From Squalus acanthias (lineage: Eukaryota): a stretch of 64,000 nt of DNA. This document shows, one piece after another, positions 47,500 through 61,048 of this stretch (position 1 is the first letter of the stretch; each line of letters starts with the position of its first letter). A program made the position numbers and the translations under genes. The stretch covers positions 42,348,001 through 42,412,000 of the forward strand of contig CM059432.1 of assembly GCA_030390025.1 (NCBI GenBank), given 5' to 3'. The notes under the pieces are model-generated. The model searched no databases. It saw only the letters and a program-made list of their open reading frames with translations, and had not been told where the DNA came from.

Positions 47500-48342
47500 T
47501 CCCCATGCCACCACTTCTAACACCAAGTGCGAGGAATCACAACTTTTACCTCAAAGCTGGGAAGATCAAATATATCTTCTTTGGCCATCACCATAAACTC
47601 TACTCCCGTGCTGTAGACTCCATCCTCCTCCCTGGCCATTTTCTCGAGTTAAATCAAACTGTTCACAGTCTTGGCATATTGTTTGACCCTGAGCTGAGCT
47701 TAAAACCCCATACCCTATCCATCACCAAAACCACTTACTTCTGCAACATTGCCTGTCTGCAAACCTGTCTCAATCGCTCCACCACTGAAATTCTTTTACA
47801 TGCCTTTGTCGCTTTCAGACTCAGCTACTTCAATGGAATCCTTGCTGGCCTCCCAATCTCCTCCCTTCATAAATTCCAACGTATGCAATACTCTGTTGCT
47901 CATATCCTATCCTGCATGAAGTCCCATTCATTCATCACTCCTGTTCTCGCTGACCTTCACTAGCTCCCCATCCCCCAACCTATTAAATTTAAAATATTTC
48001 ACATTGTCTATAAATCCCTCCACAGTCTTGCCCCACCTTATCTCTCGACAAGCTCCTGCAGCTCTCCTGAATGCTCAATTACTCTGATTCTGGCCTTTCA
48101 ATTCATCCCCCCTTCACTGCACCATTGGTGGTAAAGCCATAGAGGCTTCGATCCTACTCTCTGGAACTCTCTCCCTAACTCTCTCTCCATCTTTAAAATC
48201 CTTCTCAAACTCCATCACTTGAGACAAGATTTTCTGTCACACCTCTCTTTTCCCAATTCAGTGTACATTTCTATTCTAACGCCCATCTGTGAAGCACATT
48301 GTTTACATCAAGGTGCTATATAAATTCAAGTTGTTTTTGTTA
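47500..48342 (+). mobile_element. Old L2 LINE 3' fragment
   Basis: SLGILFDPELS..HAFVAFRLSYFNGILAGLP..ITPVLADLH, with the tail GGTGCTATATAAATTCAAGTTG. Confidence 0.8.
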
Positions 48343-48547
48343 TATTAAGTGATATGGAAAGGTTTACCCTTATTACATGTAATTAATATTAATATACATT
48401 GAATTATATAGCGTAAAGGAATTTTGAAAAATGTGAGGAGTCAGTGGATATGGTCACACTCCTTTTAGAACCAAGCATTTTTATGGGTGGCACATTTGGC
48501 CTTCGGGCTTACTTTTTAGACTATTATTTGGCCACCTTTAATCATAC

Positions 48548-50905
48548 ATAAGAACATAAGAAATAGGAGCAGGAATAGGCCACTTGGCCCCTCGAGCCTG
48601 CTCCGCCATTCAATAAGATCATGGCTGATCTTGGGCTCAAAGCCACTTCCCCGCCCACTCTCCATAACCCTTCACTCCCTTATCTTGCAAAAATCTGTCT
48701 ATCTCCACCTTAAATGTATTTAATGACCCAGCCTCCATGGCTCTCTGGGGCAGAGAATTCCACAGATTTACGACCCTCTGACAGAAGAAATTCCTCCTCA
48801 TCTCAGTTCTAAAAGGGCGACCCTTTATTCTAAAACAGTGCCCCCGCGTTCTAGATTTCCCCACGAGGGGAAACATCCGCTCTGCATCTACCTTGTCGTG
48901 CCCCCTCAGTATCTTATATGTTTCAATAAGATCACCTTTCATTCTTCTAAATTCCAATGAGTATAGGCCCAGCCTGCTCAACCTTTCCTCCTAAGTCAAC
49001 CCCCTCATCTCTGGAATTAACCTAGTGAATCGTCTCTGAACTGCCTCCAATGCAAATATATCCTTCCTTAAATAAGGAGACCAAAACGCAGTACTCAAGG
49101 TGTGGTCTCACCAATACCCTGTACAGTTGTAGCAGGACTTCCCTGCTTTTATACTTTTATACTCCAACCCCTTTGAAATAATTTGCCTTTTTGATTACTT
49201 GCTGTACCTGCATGCTAACTTTTTGTGTTTCATGCACAAGGACCCCCAGGTCCCTCTGAACTGTAGCATTTTGTAATCTCTCTCCATTTGCTTTTTTATT
49301 TTTCCTGCCAAAGTGTATAATCTCGCACTTTCCCACATTGTACTCCATCTGCCAAATGTTTGGCCACTCACTTAGCCTGTCCATATCCCTTTGCAGGTTC
49401 TTTGAGTCCTCTGCACAACTTGCTTTCCCACCCATCTTTGTATCATCCGCAAACTTGGCTACACTACACTCGATCCCTTCATCCAAGTCATTAATGTAGA
49501 TTGTAAATAGTTGAGGCCCCAGCACCGATCCCTGTGGCACCCCACTATTTCCTGTTTGCCAACCGGAAAATGACCCATTTATCCCGACTCTCTGCTTTCC
49601 GTTAGTTAGCCAATTCTCTATCCATGCTAATATATTTCCCCCAATTCTGTGAGCTCTTATCTTATGCAGTAACCTTTTATGTGGCACCTTATCGAATGCC
49701 TTCTGGAAATCTAAATACACCACATCCACTGGTTCACTTTTGTCCACCCTGCTCGTTACCTCCTCAAAGAACTCCAGCAAGTTTGTTAAACATGATTTCC
49801 CTTTCATAAAACCATGCTGACTCTGCTTGACTGCATTATGATTTTCCAAATGCCCTGCTACTGCTTCCTTAATGAAGGACTCCAGCATTTTCCCAACGAC
49901 AGATGTTAGGCTAACTGGTCTATAGTTTCCTGCTTTCTGTCTCCCTCCTTTCTTAAATAGGGGTGTTACATTTGCGGTTTTCCAATCCACTGGGACCTCT
50001 CCAGAGTCCAGGGAATTTTGGTATATTGCAACTAATGCATCCACTATCTCTGCAGCCACTTCTTTTAAGACCCTGGGATGCAGGCCATCTGGTCATGGAG
50101 ACTTGTCATCTTTTAGTCCCATTATTTTACCAAGTACTTTTTCCTTAGTGATAGTGATTGTCTTTAGTTCCCCCCTCCCTATGGCCCCTTGATTATCCAT
50201 TATTGGGATGTTGTTAGTGTCTTCTACCGTGAAGACAGATACAAAATATTTGTTCAGAGTCTCTGCCATTTTCCCATTCCCCATTATTAATTCCCCAGTC
50301 TCATCCTCTAAGGGACCAACGTTTACTTTAGCTACCCTCTTCCTTTTTATATACCTGTAGAAGCTCTTACTATCTGTTTTAATGTTTCTTGCCAGCTTAC
50401 TCTCATAATTCATCTTCTCTCTCTTTATTTCTTTTTAGTCATCTTTTGCTGGTTTTTAAAAATTTCCCAATCCTCTGGTCTCCCACCAATCTTGGCAACA
50501 TTGTATGCCTTCGTTTTCAATTTGATACCATCCTTTACTTCCTTAGTTAGCCACAGATGGTGCTCCCTTCTCTTAAAATCTTTCTTTCTCACTGGAATAT
50601 ATTTTTGTTGAGAGTTATGAAATATCTCCTTAAATGTCCGCCACTGCATTTCAACTGTCTTACCCTTTAATTTATTTTTCCAGCCCACTTTAGCCATTTC
50701 TGCCCTCATGCCACTGTAATTGCCTTTGTTTAAGATCAGGACACTGGTTTGAGAGACAACTTTCTCACCCTCCAACTGAATTTGAAATTCAACCATGCTA
50801 TGATCACTCTTTCCTAGAGGATCCTTTACTATGAGATCATTTAGTAATTCTGTCTCATTACATAGTACCAGATCCAAGATAGCCTGCTCCCTGGTTGGTT
50901 TCATT
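48548..50905 (-). mobile_element. 5'-truncated CR1 LINE (ORF2 with frameshifts)
   Basis: [37 protein letters not shown] and FADD, with an (AAGAACAT) tail at 48548. Confidence 0.95.
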
Positions 50906-51469
50906 ACATACCACCATCTTGTTGTCATTCAGTTGCTTTTTTTCATTCCTCATCATTCCTGGAAATGGGTTGCTTTAGCCTGGGTAATTAAACTTTCTTT
51001 TTATCAATTGTCAGACCAATACTTGCAGTTTTTTCTTAGTAAACATGGCTCTACTGTAATTTTGAGTTTTAATACTATTTTCCACTGTGTATTATAAGCT
51101 ACAATTGTTAACAAAAGTCAAGTGGCTCCCATGTGGGTATAGCCACCATAGGTGTAATACTAAGCCAGAGTTCCTGTTCCTGATTGCTACCCAGTGCCCC
51201 TGCTGGAAAATATGCATGTGTAGACATTGGGTTAGAAGAGGAACATGCTCAGCTGTGATGCACTGCATGGTTGATTAGCTTGCCAATAGTCAATGTCTAG
51301 GCTCATTATATAGCTTACCACTTGGGCAGGTTACCTGAGGGTTGCTGGCAAATGTAGAACTGTAATATAATATAACAAAAGCCAATGCCCTCAGAAAGGG
51401 AGAGAATTGAAAAAGGGCAAGTGGCTCATTACTGGCTTTTAAATTGGTAGGGTATTAAGCATCATTTTG

Positions 51470-52210
51470 ACGAAGTCCAACACCGCCTTCAGTGTGCCAG
51501 TGCAGCCTTCAGTCGCCTGAGGAGGAGTGTGTTTGAAGACCAGGACCTCAAACCCGACACTAAGCTCATGGTCTACAGAGAAGCAGTGATACCCGCCCTG
51601 CTATATGCCTCACAGACATGGACCATGTACAGCAGGCACCTCAAAGCACTGGAGAGGTACCACCAACGCTGCCTCCGCAAGATCCTGCAAATCCATTGTC
51701 AGTGTTCTCGCTCAGGCCAACATCCCCAGCATCGAAGCTTTGACCACGCTCGATCAGCTCCGATGGACGGGTCACATCGTCCGCATGCCCGATACGAGGA
51801 CCCAAAACAAGCGCTCTACTCGGAGCTCCGACACGGCAAGAGAGCCCCAGGTGGGCAGAGGAAACGCTTCAAGGACACCTTCAAAGCCTCCTTGAAAAAG
51901 TGCAACATCCCCACCGACACCTGGGAATCCCTGGCCCAAGACCGCACAAAGTGGAGGAGAAGCATCCGGGAAGGCGCCGAACACCTCGAGTCTCTTCCCC
52001 GGGAGCAAGTGGAAGCCAAGCGCAAGCAGCGGAAGGAGCGCACGTCAACCCAAGCACCCCACCCACCCGTCCTTTCAACCACTGTCTGCCCCACCTGTGA
52101 CAGAGACTGGAGGTCCCGCATTGGACTCATCAGTCACCTGAGAACTCATTTTTAATGTGGAAGCAAGTCATCCTCGGTTCCGAGGGACTGCCTAAGAGAG
52201 AGAGAGAGAG
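51470..52210 (+). mobile_element. RTE-clade (BovB-like) LINE 3' fragment
   Basis: TKLMVY..LLYASQTWT..YHQRCLRKIL, QLRWTGHIVRM, GGQRKRFKD and a C2H2-like CPTC..IGLISHLRTH end, followed by a (GA)n tail. Confidence 0.88.
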
Positions 52211-52857
52211 GTTTCATTTATAATTGGATGGTTAAATTTATTGCCAGTGGTAAATTATAAAGTGGATAATATCTTGCTTATAATGCCGCACTATATATCT
52301 ACTTATTTTATACTGGACTGAATGAATTTTGCTCCATCATAGCATAATTTTCTTCCTAGTATTTTACAACAAAAAACCTATAAGTGTTTTTAATACATCC
52401 CTAACCAGAATCATTGCGTAAATAGAAAATATAGATGATTCACATTGAGCATGATTTTGATTCAACTCATGAGCTTAATGTATCACATTCAAGATTTTGT
52501 CAGGCTCACTGACTGCATAAATAAATAACCAAATTCATGCTCTAAAGTAGTGCATCTAATTCATACAATTAGTGGCTTTTGTGTTAGCACCAACTTCAGC
52601 CAGACATTCCTAAAAACACAGAGGTCTTTAATAGTTATTTACATTTTTGCTGGAATGATTCACTTACTAACAGTCCTGCTTCTGTCCCAGCCAGTGTATG
52701 TATAGTTAGTTGGTTAATTTTAGGGTGTTTTTACATTGCACTAGTACTGCCAGTTTCCTGAAGTGTGAGTCTTGTGCAGCCAGCTGCAAACCAAATGTAA
52801 AACTGCTGGAACTCAATGAAATGGCTGGGCCAGAGGATCTGCTAAAAATTACATCAG

Positions 52858-53288
52858 ATTGGCTCAGTTGTTAGCATTCCTGCCTCATAGTCAGAAGGGT
52901 GTTAGTTCAAACCCCACTCCAGCACTTGAGCACATAGCCTAGGCTGACACTTCAGTGCAGCACTGAGGGACTGCTGTGCTGTTGAAGGTGCTGCCTTTTG
53001 GATGAGATACTAAAGCTAGGCCCCATCTGCCTTTCCTGGTGATTCAGGTGGATATAAAAGATCCCATAGCACTAGTTGGAGAAGCGCAGTCAGTTCTCCC
53101 AGTGTCCTGTCAATGTTTCTCCCTCAACCAATAGCATCTCACTTGGTATTTACGGAACCTTGCTGTGTGCAAATTGGCTGCTACATTTGCCTACATACCA
53201 ACAGGACTGCACTTTAAAAGCAATGAATTGCTTGTGAAGCACTTATGGATGTAATCAGTTGCTATATGAATGCAAGTTCCTTCTTTCT
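52858..53288 (+). mobile_element. Deu-domain-type SINE
   Basis: A tRNA-like head (TGGCTCAGTTG..AGTTCAAACCCC), a core GGATGAGA..TAAA..AGGCCCC, and an L2-like tail GCTATATGAATGCAAGTT. Confidence 0.75.
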
Positions 53289-54744
53289 TTCCTGGCAGCT
53301 AGCCTTAGTGAGTTCTGGCAGTTTTAAATTTGGCTTGCAGATAGCTGTATGAGACCCAGGCTTTAGGAATCTGGTGGCACTAGCACAGGTCTCACGCAAT
53401 ATAAAAACACCTTTTAAATTTATAAAACACACAAGCATAGATAGCACTGTCAGTGATGTTATCATATAAACGCTTAACATTCTCTCATCAAATGTCTCGA
53501 TGTCATTTGAACAGAGACATTAACACAATCAAAATAAGGAGGTTAATGCTTCCAATAAAACAGCAGAGAGAAGCACGTGATATGAGTAAGTTAAGCGTTT
53601 GTACGACAACATTGCTGGCGATAATTTAAACCCAACAGAAAACTGATCGGCAGTTACCGCTTTAGATAATATTTCATATGCATAGCTTCTTTGCAAAATC
53701 ATGCATAGATTTCCAAAATCTCACTGTAACTGATACCCCAACACTTGGCATTTGTAAAAGTTCAGAATTGTTACTGGAGATAAAAAGTGAGTGATGTGAT
53801 TATATATTTCATTTGATATTAATCTGATTTGGTTACTCTGCGAAACAGGTTTTCAAATTCTATAAACAGCAGTAAGTAATGCAATGGATGTTAAAACACA
53901 GCATTTAGTAAGCTAATGCTCAGTATCCACAGCAGGAGGCTCACGCAGGCTTTTTGATGAGAAATGAATTGCTGGAAGCAAGGTTTTAATGGCAACTAAT
54001 TTCACAAATTTGATACTCAGCTCAGCCAACTATCATTTAACTCAACCATGACAAGACAATGAAGATTCTTTCACTAAGTCTTGGAGTTCTTTAATCTAGG
54101 ATACAAGCAGAGTGCTTCAGGCTACACTGAACTTATGGGTCTTTGAGCTTTGAGCTTCTGTTCGAAACAGAAAAAAGATCTTTCTGCACAAACGTGACTT
54201 TCATCTGTTAACTCTTTAGTTTGGAGGCAGGATTCTAACTGAAAAGATCAGAATTGTTTGTAGTTTATTACTGTGAGTCCCAATCAGGAATTTGTTACAG
54301 GCAAATTAGCAGTTCACATGGACTGGTGGATAAAAGGAGATGCTTTCAATCATTCAAGAAAATGACAAGTGAGGATTTATCTCTGTACTGTGCTTTGAAA
54401 GTTCCACTGCTACTTCATGTAGTAACATGCCTTTCTTCATCAAGACATGGATGCAACTTTAGGACTTCCAAGAACTCTAATAACTCTTGAGACAGATAAC
54501 CCTTATTAGCGGGAGAAAGATAACTCAAAGGGAATTTCCTTACTCTCTTCCCATCCTCCCTTTCTTACCTATCCTACACACATATGCCTGGAACTTCCAT
54601 GGGGGTTCTCCAGTGGGAGCTTCATGGATGCCCAGGTAAACACTGTAAATGGATATAAACAACTATTTGCACCATTTCTCTGCGGGATTTACCGATCACT
54701 CACCAAAATTACAGCAGGAGATCGGGAGAGTTATTGAAAGGATG

Positions 54745-55087
54745 CAGCGAGGCTGTTTCCCCTGGCTGGGGGGTCTAGAACGAGGGGTCACAGTCTCAGG
54801 ATACGGGGTAGGACATTTAGGACTGAGATGGGGAGAAATTTCTTCTCTCAGAGGGTGGTGAACCTGTGGAATTCTCTACCACAGAAGGCTGTGGAGGCCA
54901 AGTCACTGAATATATTTAAGAAGGAGATAGATAGATTTCTAGACACAAAAGGCATCAAGGAGTATGGGGAGAGAGTGGGAATATGGTATTGAGACAGAGG
55001 ATCAGCCATGATCATATTGAATGGCGGAGCAGGCTCAAAGGGCCGAATGGCCTACTCCTGCTCCTATTTTTCTATGTTTCTATGTTT
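54745..55087 (+). mobile_element. CR1 LINE 3' end fragment
   Basis: Close match to 20200-20538, with a (TTTCTATG)n tail. Confidence 0.9.
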
Positions 55088-57899
55088 CAAAGACTGTATA
55101 TGTTTGTAACCATAGAGTCATTATTAATGTTTGAGCTTGGCGGCTTATTATATATGTATAAGAAACTATAGCCTAGAAATTACTGATGCAGATATTAGCG
55201 AACAAATAATTCATGCATTCATATGACATTCCTCTATTTAATATTAGAGCAGAAGAATTAATCCATTTAAAATAAGTAGATTGAGCCCTGTGTTAAAATA
55301 GCAGATGAAGGAATGCCATATAAACACATGGGCAAGATTACATCCAACCAACAAACTTGGCATAAACATTTGAAAACTGACGATCCCTGTGGCAAAGAAG
55401 TTTCGCATCTCTTTGGATTGAAGGCCGCTTGCAGAGCGAGAGAGAGAGCAGAAGGGATCCAAGTTGAGATGTAAAGTTCCGTTACTCAATTAAATTAAAT
55501 GGTAAGTCAATTAAATTAAAAAGAAACATAATTTAAAATCATTACTAGTTAGTGCGTAATTTTTTATATAGATTATGATTTAAATATTTCTGCAAAAAAT
55601 CTGTTGCATCACTTCTTCGCAATAATTAAAAAAATAGAAAAAGTGAATAGCTGCTTTTGCATCCAAAGTACAGCAAGCATCCACTGATTTCACATCGATT
55701 GCTAATGGTTCTCTCTTATATCTGCCAAGATGGTGCTGGATCTTCTGAGGTGTCACATTCACCTGAACCTGTAAACATTGGCAAACACTTCACTGTTGTA
55801 GTGTTTGATTAAGATGAGGCTTTATGATTAATCTACCCAGCCCCACTCTGCTTAAATATCTATTATCCAGCATCTTTATAAATGTCACCCTTTTAAAGTG
55901 ATGGAGGTGCTTCCTGTGTTTCTCATCATCCTTGGTACTTTGTACAGATAGTTTTCTCAGTGATAATTTCAGGGTTAATTTGTGTGGCAGCCCATTCTAT
56001 CCTCTTTGCTTTTAACCAAAAAATTAAATTCTTACTCACTGAATATGAATTTCATGTATTTTGGCATTGCAAATCATTTTAATATATTTACTTCCAGCCA
56101 ACACTAAGCCACACTCAAGTGCTTCATTTTCAGCTATCAAAGTTATTTAATTTGTAGCTTTATTTCATTGAATGGCTTAACTCACCATTTGCGTTACCTT
56201 GGAACAAATGTGGAAAACAGCTTTTGTATGGGTTTGTGATACTCTGCACTGTTTGCGCATGGTTAATGTAATGAGCCTGTGCGTAGCTGGATTTTTCTCT
56301 TAATTTTTTACATAGAATAGAAATCCTTAGCAGCGTTTTCTAGAAAGCCTGCTCTCATGAATTCTCCAACACACTGCACCACAACGTATTAGAACTCAGG
56401 TCTGTGCCTGTGATTTCCCACACAGTGAGCTCCGGATTTCAAATGTGCCACCTCGGGCTATTGCCATCTGGAGGCCAGGCATTTCAACATGGGGGCGCCA
56501 GGAGAGGGGGGGAGGGGAACTACAAGGCCGATAGTTCCACAAAAACGATAGGTCCTATAGGAAGCAATGGTGAATTATCATTCTGGCAACATCCCACAGC
56601 TAGTTGTGAATGGAAGCCCAGAAATATACAAAGCAGCAAGTCTATGAAGGGCCACAGGTGAAGGGAAGCAGGTCACAAATAGCTCCAGGGCCATGTTATG
56701 AGCTTTATATCCACACAGAAGATGATACAGGACAAAATTAAGGAGAGTTATTCTTTACAAGAGGGAAAGCAGCTTTTAAAGAGGGAGGCTCCCCACCACC
56801 GCTAATTTTTAAAACAAGATACAAATGATTAGGATTAAAAGGAAATAACAGTACAGTGTAAGTACTTCGATTGCACTTATTCCCTTGTGTACGCTCTTTA
56901 CTTTCTTTAAAGATATCTGCCAGCAGCATTGAGGATTCTGTTTATACATTTCCATCTACATTGCAGCAGCCTATGTGTTTGCATTTTTGTAGTTCGTGAA
57001 GTGATGACGTAATGGAGGAGAAATAGGTATGGAGTTTGATTAGGTGTTGCTATTTGCTTTCCAAAATCCGACCATACGCAGACACGTTTAGCTACATTCC
57101 CAACGAACCAACAGCAATACCTGTCCCATTGCTACAGTTGTGAAAGATAAAAAACAGCACCTCATCAGTACAGAAACATCAAAATTCAGTCTTTTTGGTA
57201 GATGACTTCATGCCAATCCTTCTCTGTAAAGACATCATTCCACTGACTGGAATTAAGTGCAGGCTCATATAGAATAGCAGTTCACTACAGAAATTCTTTA
57301 AGGCTGATGACAGGTTTTAAAAGAAAATGCAAAGCAGATGTATGGAGTTCATTGCATTCAGTTTTATATGATAAATACTTATCTTACTCTGACATTTTCT
57401 TTAATTTTAATTTTATTTTGGGGGGGATTTTAACTGCGAGCTGGATTTAAATGAAGCCCAGGAGTTAATATACCCCTGGTCTCATGTTTGGAGTGACTTT
57501 TTAACTCACACCACTGCTCACCTGCCCAAACCATTTAAAATCAGGGGGGGAAAATTGGGTATCGCCCATTTTGGGCGTTAATATCAGCCGGGTGCAAAGT
57601 TTAGCCCCCGGTGCTAATTATCGCCGCCGATCGCGAAATTCGTCTTCAGCGCCCCGGAGGTGATTTGAGCGCTAAATCAAGCGCTACACACCTCTCTTAG
57701 AGCGCTAACATTGGGGAGCGAGGCGCTACCTCAGAGCGCTACTCAAGCTCCGGCGATGTCAATTACCTTGTATCCAGACAGACTGGCGCCTTCCAGTTCT
57801 TAAACGGGAGGGTCCATCTTGCTGCACAGCCGCACCCTGATCATTGCAGCGTTTAGCCTCGGGCTGCAAGCAGGTAAAAATATTCCTCAAACATTTGTG

Positions 57900-59809
57900 A
57901 TGGATACTCAGAGGCCCAGGGAGAGAGCTCAGTGCTTTAGTGACCAGGCATTGATGGCTCTGGTTGGCGCAGTTGAACGGCGACGGGCAGTGCTCTTTCC
58001 AGAGAGTGCCAGGAGGCCATTGCCCCGCGAGTTGAGAAGAGTCCGGAGGGAGGTGGCCCAGCATGTGTCATCGCGGAGCCTGGTGCCGAGGACGCATACA
58101 CAGTGTCGTAAAAAGTTCAACGACCTCACTCGGGTGGTCAGGGTTAGTACCTGCTTTTCAATACTTCTACATCCCACCATCTCAACCTCACTCTGTGCCC
58201 AGACGGTGTAAATACACAAATGCCCAACACTCATCCAACAACTATGGCCATTTCATAAAAGTCACATGCACATCCCACACCTTGCACACATTAGCGGCAA
58301 TTCAACTATGGTAGGCACATCTGCCAAACACATGGCTGCACACTCACTCACATGCTGTCCTTTTTCTTGCAGGCCAAGCTTTCACATAACCGCCAAGAGC
58401 AACAGTGGATGGGAGGAGGACAGGCGGAGCTGCACCCCCTCACATAATTGGAGGAAGAGTCCACAGTCTCATTACGAGCCAGGTAGTAGGCACTGTGGCT
58501 GTTGGAGAGGTTGATTCCCTTGGGGACAGCAATGGTATGTTCATCAGCTTTCTCTCCTCTCTCATATCACTTCCCCCTCACAACACCAGCCTTTTACACT
58601 TTCAATCTAACTATACTGTCTCCATTCCTTGCTCTCTTCCTGTCTCCCTGCCCTCGTGCTAAAGCCACTCTTGTACCTTCCTGCTTTCAGATAGTGATCT
58701 ACCAGCTGAGCAGCCTGTCCCTCAACCAGCCAGTGGCAGCGACACACTAGAGGAGGAGGAAGAGGAAGCCAGAGCCTCACCACCTGCGTCTCCCGAGGGT
58801 GACACTTCCGACACTGGGGCCACGCGGTCACTGAAGGGGAGCAGGGGGTTTGCATCTGATGTGGGTGAAGCTCCGGGACCCAGCGGGCTGCAGCAACACC
58901 ATGGGGGAAGGGAAGCTCGGGGGCCATCTCCCCGGAGGGTGAATGCGCGGATGAGTTCTGCTGCACAGGACTCGGATGAGGACCTCGATATAGCGGTCAT
59001 GAATACTCAGGCTCTGAGCATGCATACGGAGCTCATGGGTGCAATGGCAAGGGTGCCCGACAGCATAGATGTACTGGCTAGGAGTGTGGAGGAGTCCGCC
59101 GCCAGCACAGCTGTCATCTGTGGAAACCCTTGAACCCATCCTTACCTCATTGCAGAGGATGGTTGAATTACAGGGAGACCATGGGGACCCAGAGCCCATG
59201 CCACGTGTAATGGGTGAGGTGGGAGGATCTATTGCAGCACAGGCCGACGCAACGCAAAGGCTTAGTGCTGCATTCGAGTCATTGGCTGGTGCCATCCAGT
59301 CTCAGACTGTTCTCATGCAGTCTCAGATTGATGCCATGCAAGCGCTGACTGCTGCCATCATCTCTGGGTCGCCCACAGTCCACCGGGGATCTGACGGTGC
59401 CGCAGCAGGCCAGCAATCTGTGCTCGAGCAGATTGCTCCGGATGCTGAGGTGCTGCCCCGTGGGAGTGCCAGTGTGTCGGTCGAGCAGGAAGGTGCTGTC
59501 CTCTCTCAGGATGACAGCATTCCTGCTCCCACCACTGCCACTTCGCCATTGCACTTGCCACAGCCTGTAACCCAGCCAGCCCAGACTGCTGCCGCCCATG
59601 CAGAGTTGGTGCAGTCTGCAGCCGGGCCCTCCAGGCCCAGAGCTGGTCGAGGGCCTCCTTCAAGGCCATCTGCAGTCTCTGGATCTGAGATTCAGCAGCC
59701 TTCCACCAGCCTTGCTGCAGCCACCGGAGCCACATTACAGAGGAGCAGTAGGGTTGGGAGGGGGGAAGTGTGCAGGGGATGGAAATCGCCCTCGAGGGCC
59801 GAAAAGTAA
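57900..59809 (+). pseudogene. Harbinger Myb/SANT-like gene, 3 exons, frameshifted
   Basis: Exons 57900-58142, 58373-58534 (1 nt shorter than the intact copy) and 58691-59809 (frameshift at ~59110), with the same splice positions as 36769-38588. Confidence 0.88.
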
Positions 59810-60109
59810 AAATTATCCAATAAATGGGGGGAATGTTTGTGACAAAGTTTGATGTTCATCTTAATATATTTGTTTACTGTGTTGAGCTTATCTCGATGTG
59901 GCAAGAATGAGTTTTGTTAGTTTATGAATTGTTGTGTTTGTTTGTAATTCTTTGTCCTGAATAATAGTTTGACATATAAATAAAAAATTTTATTGGAACT
60001 TTACAACTTTGCTCATTTGACTCAGTGGAGCTTTGCCCGGCAATAGGGGCTGCGGGATGCTTGCGATGATGTGCTTCTTCATCCCAGAAGCCATCTTCTC
60101 TGTCAGTCA

Positions 60110-61048
60110 TCAGAAGCGGTGTCTTATCAGCTGTTCATGGACAGCCCTTACAGAGGCAACATTATACTCCTCCCTCCCACGTTGGTGCTGCTCATCCTCC
60201 TCTTCATCCTCCTCCTCCTCCTCCTCCTCCTCTCCCTCTTGCTCCTCCTGAGGTAGTGCACCAATCCCTGGTGGCAATGGCTGTGTCCTCAGAATTGCGA
60301 GGTTGTGAAGCATGCAGCACACAACAATGAAAACCGATACTCGATCGCGGGAGTACTGCAGGGCTCCTCCAGAGTGGTCAAGACACCGGAACCGTTGCTT
60401 CAAGACGCCGATCATCTGTTCAATGAGGTTCCTGGTGGCGCTATGGCTCTCATTGTATTGGAGCTCAGCAGGAGTGTTGGGGTTACGAAGCGGTGTCATC
60501 AGCCAGGTGCAGAATGGATAACCCTTGTCCCCAAGGTGCCAGCCACAAGGTTGATGCGGTGGTTGGAAGAGGTCTGGGAGACCAGTCTGGCACAGGATGA
60601 ATGCATCGTGGCTGCTGCCAGGACAGCGGGCATTGACGGCGAGGATGCGCTGTCTGTGGTCACAAACCAACTGCACGTTCAGAGAGTGGAAGCCTTTGCG
60701 GTTGCGGAAAACCTCTGCATTTTCATGAGGCGCCCGCAATGCCACTTTCACCTTCACTGCCACCGACAGTGATGTCCTGGTCCTGAGCCGAGGCTGCAGA
60801 TCTGGCTACAAGAGGTGGCGGAGCTCAGTGACCACCTTCTTGCTGAAGCGCAGCCTTCTGAAACACTGCTCCTTGGACAGATGAATGTATGAGAATTGCT
60901 CCCGGAATACCCTGGGAGGGTAAGATCTCCTGTACAGAGGCCTGTTGGCTTTCCTCCCTCTGGCCACATTTGCCACTCTCTCTCTGAGCCTCTGCGGCCT
61001 TCGAAGGTGAAGCTGGAGGACAACGCCCCGAGTTAGTAGAGCCCCCAT
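60110..61048 (-). pseudogene. Harbinger transposase with an in-frame core deletion and a stop
   Basis: MGALL..RFSKKVVTELRHLL* (stop at 60806). VAVKVK-VALRAPHEN is fused with IDCTH absent. GDKGY and IEQMIG are retained. Confidence 0.9.

Noticed and set aside
52858..52925. tRNA genes at SINE heads (also 61683 and 3560-3620)
   Set aside because: Only degenerate A/B boxes continuing into SINE bodies, with no complete cloverleaf.
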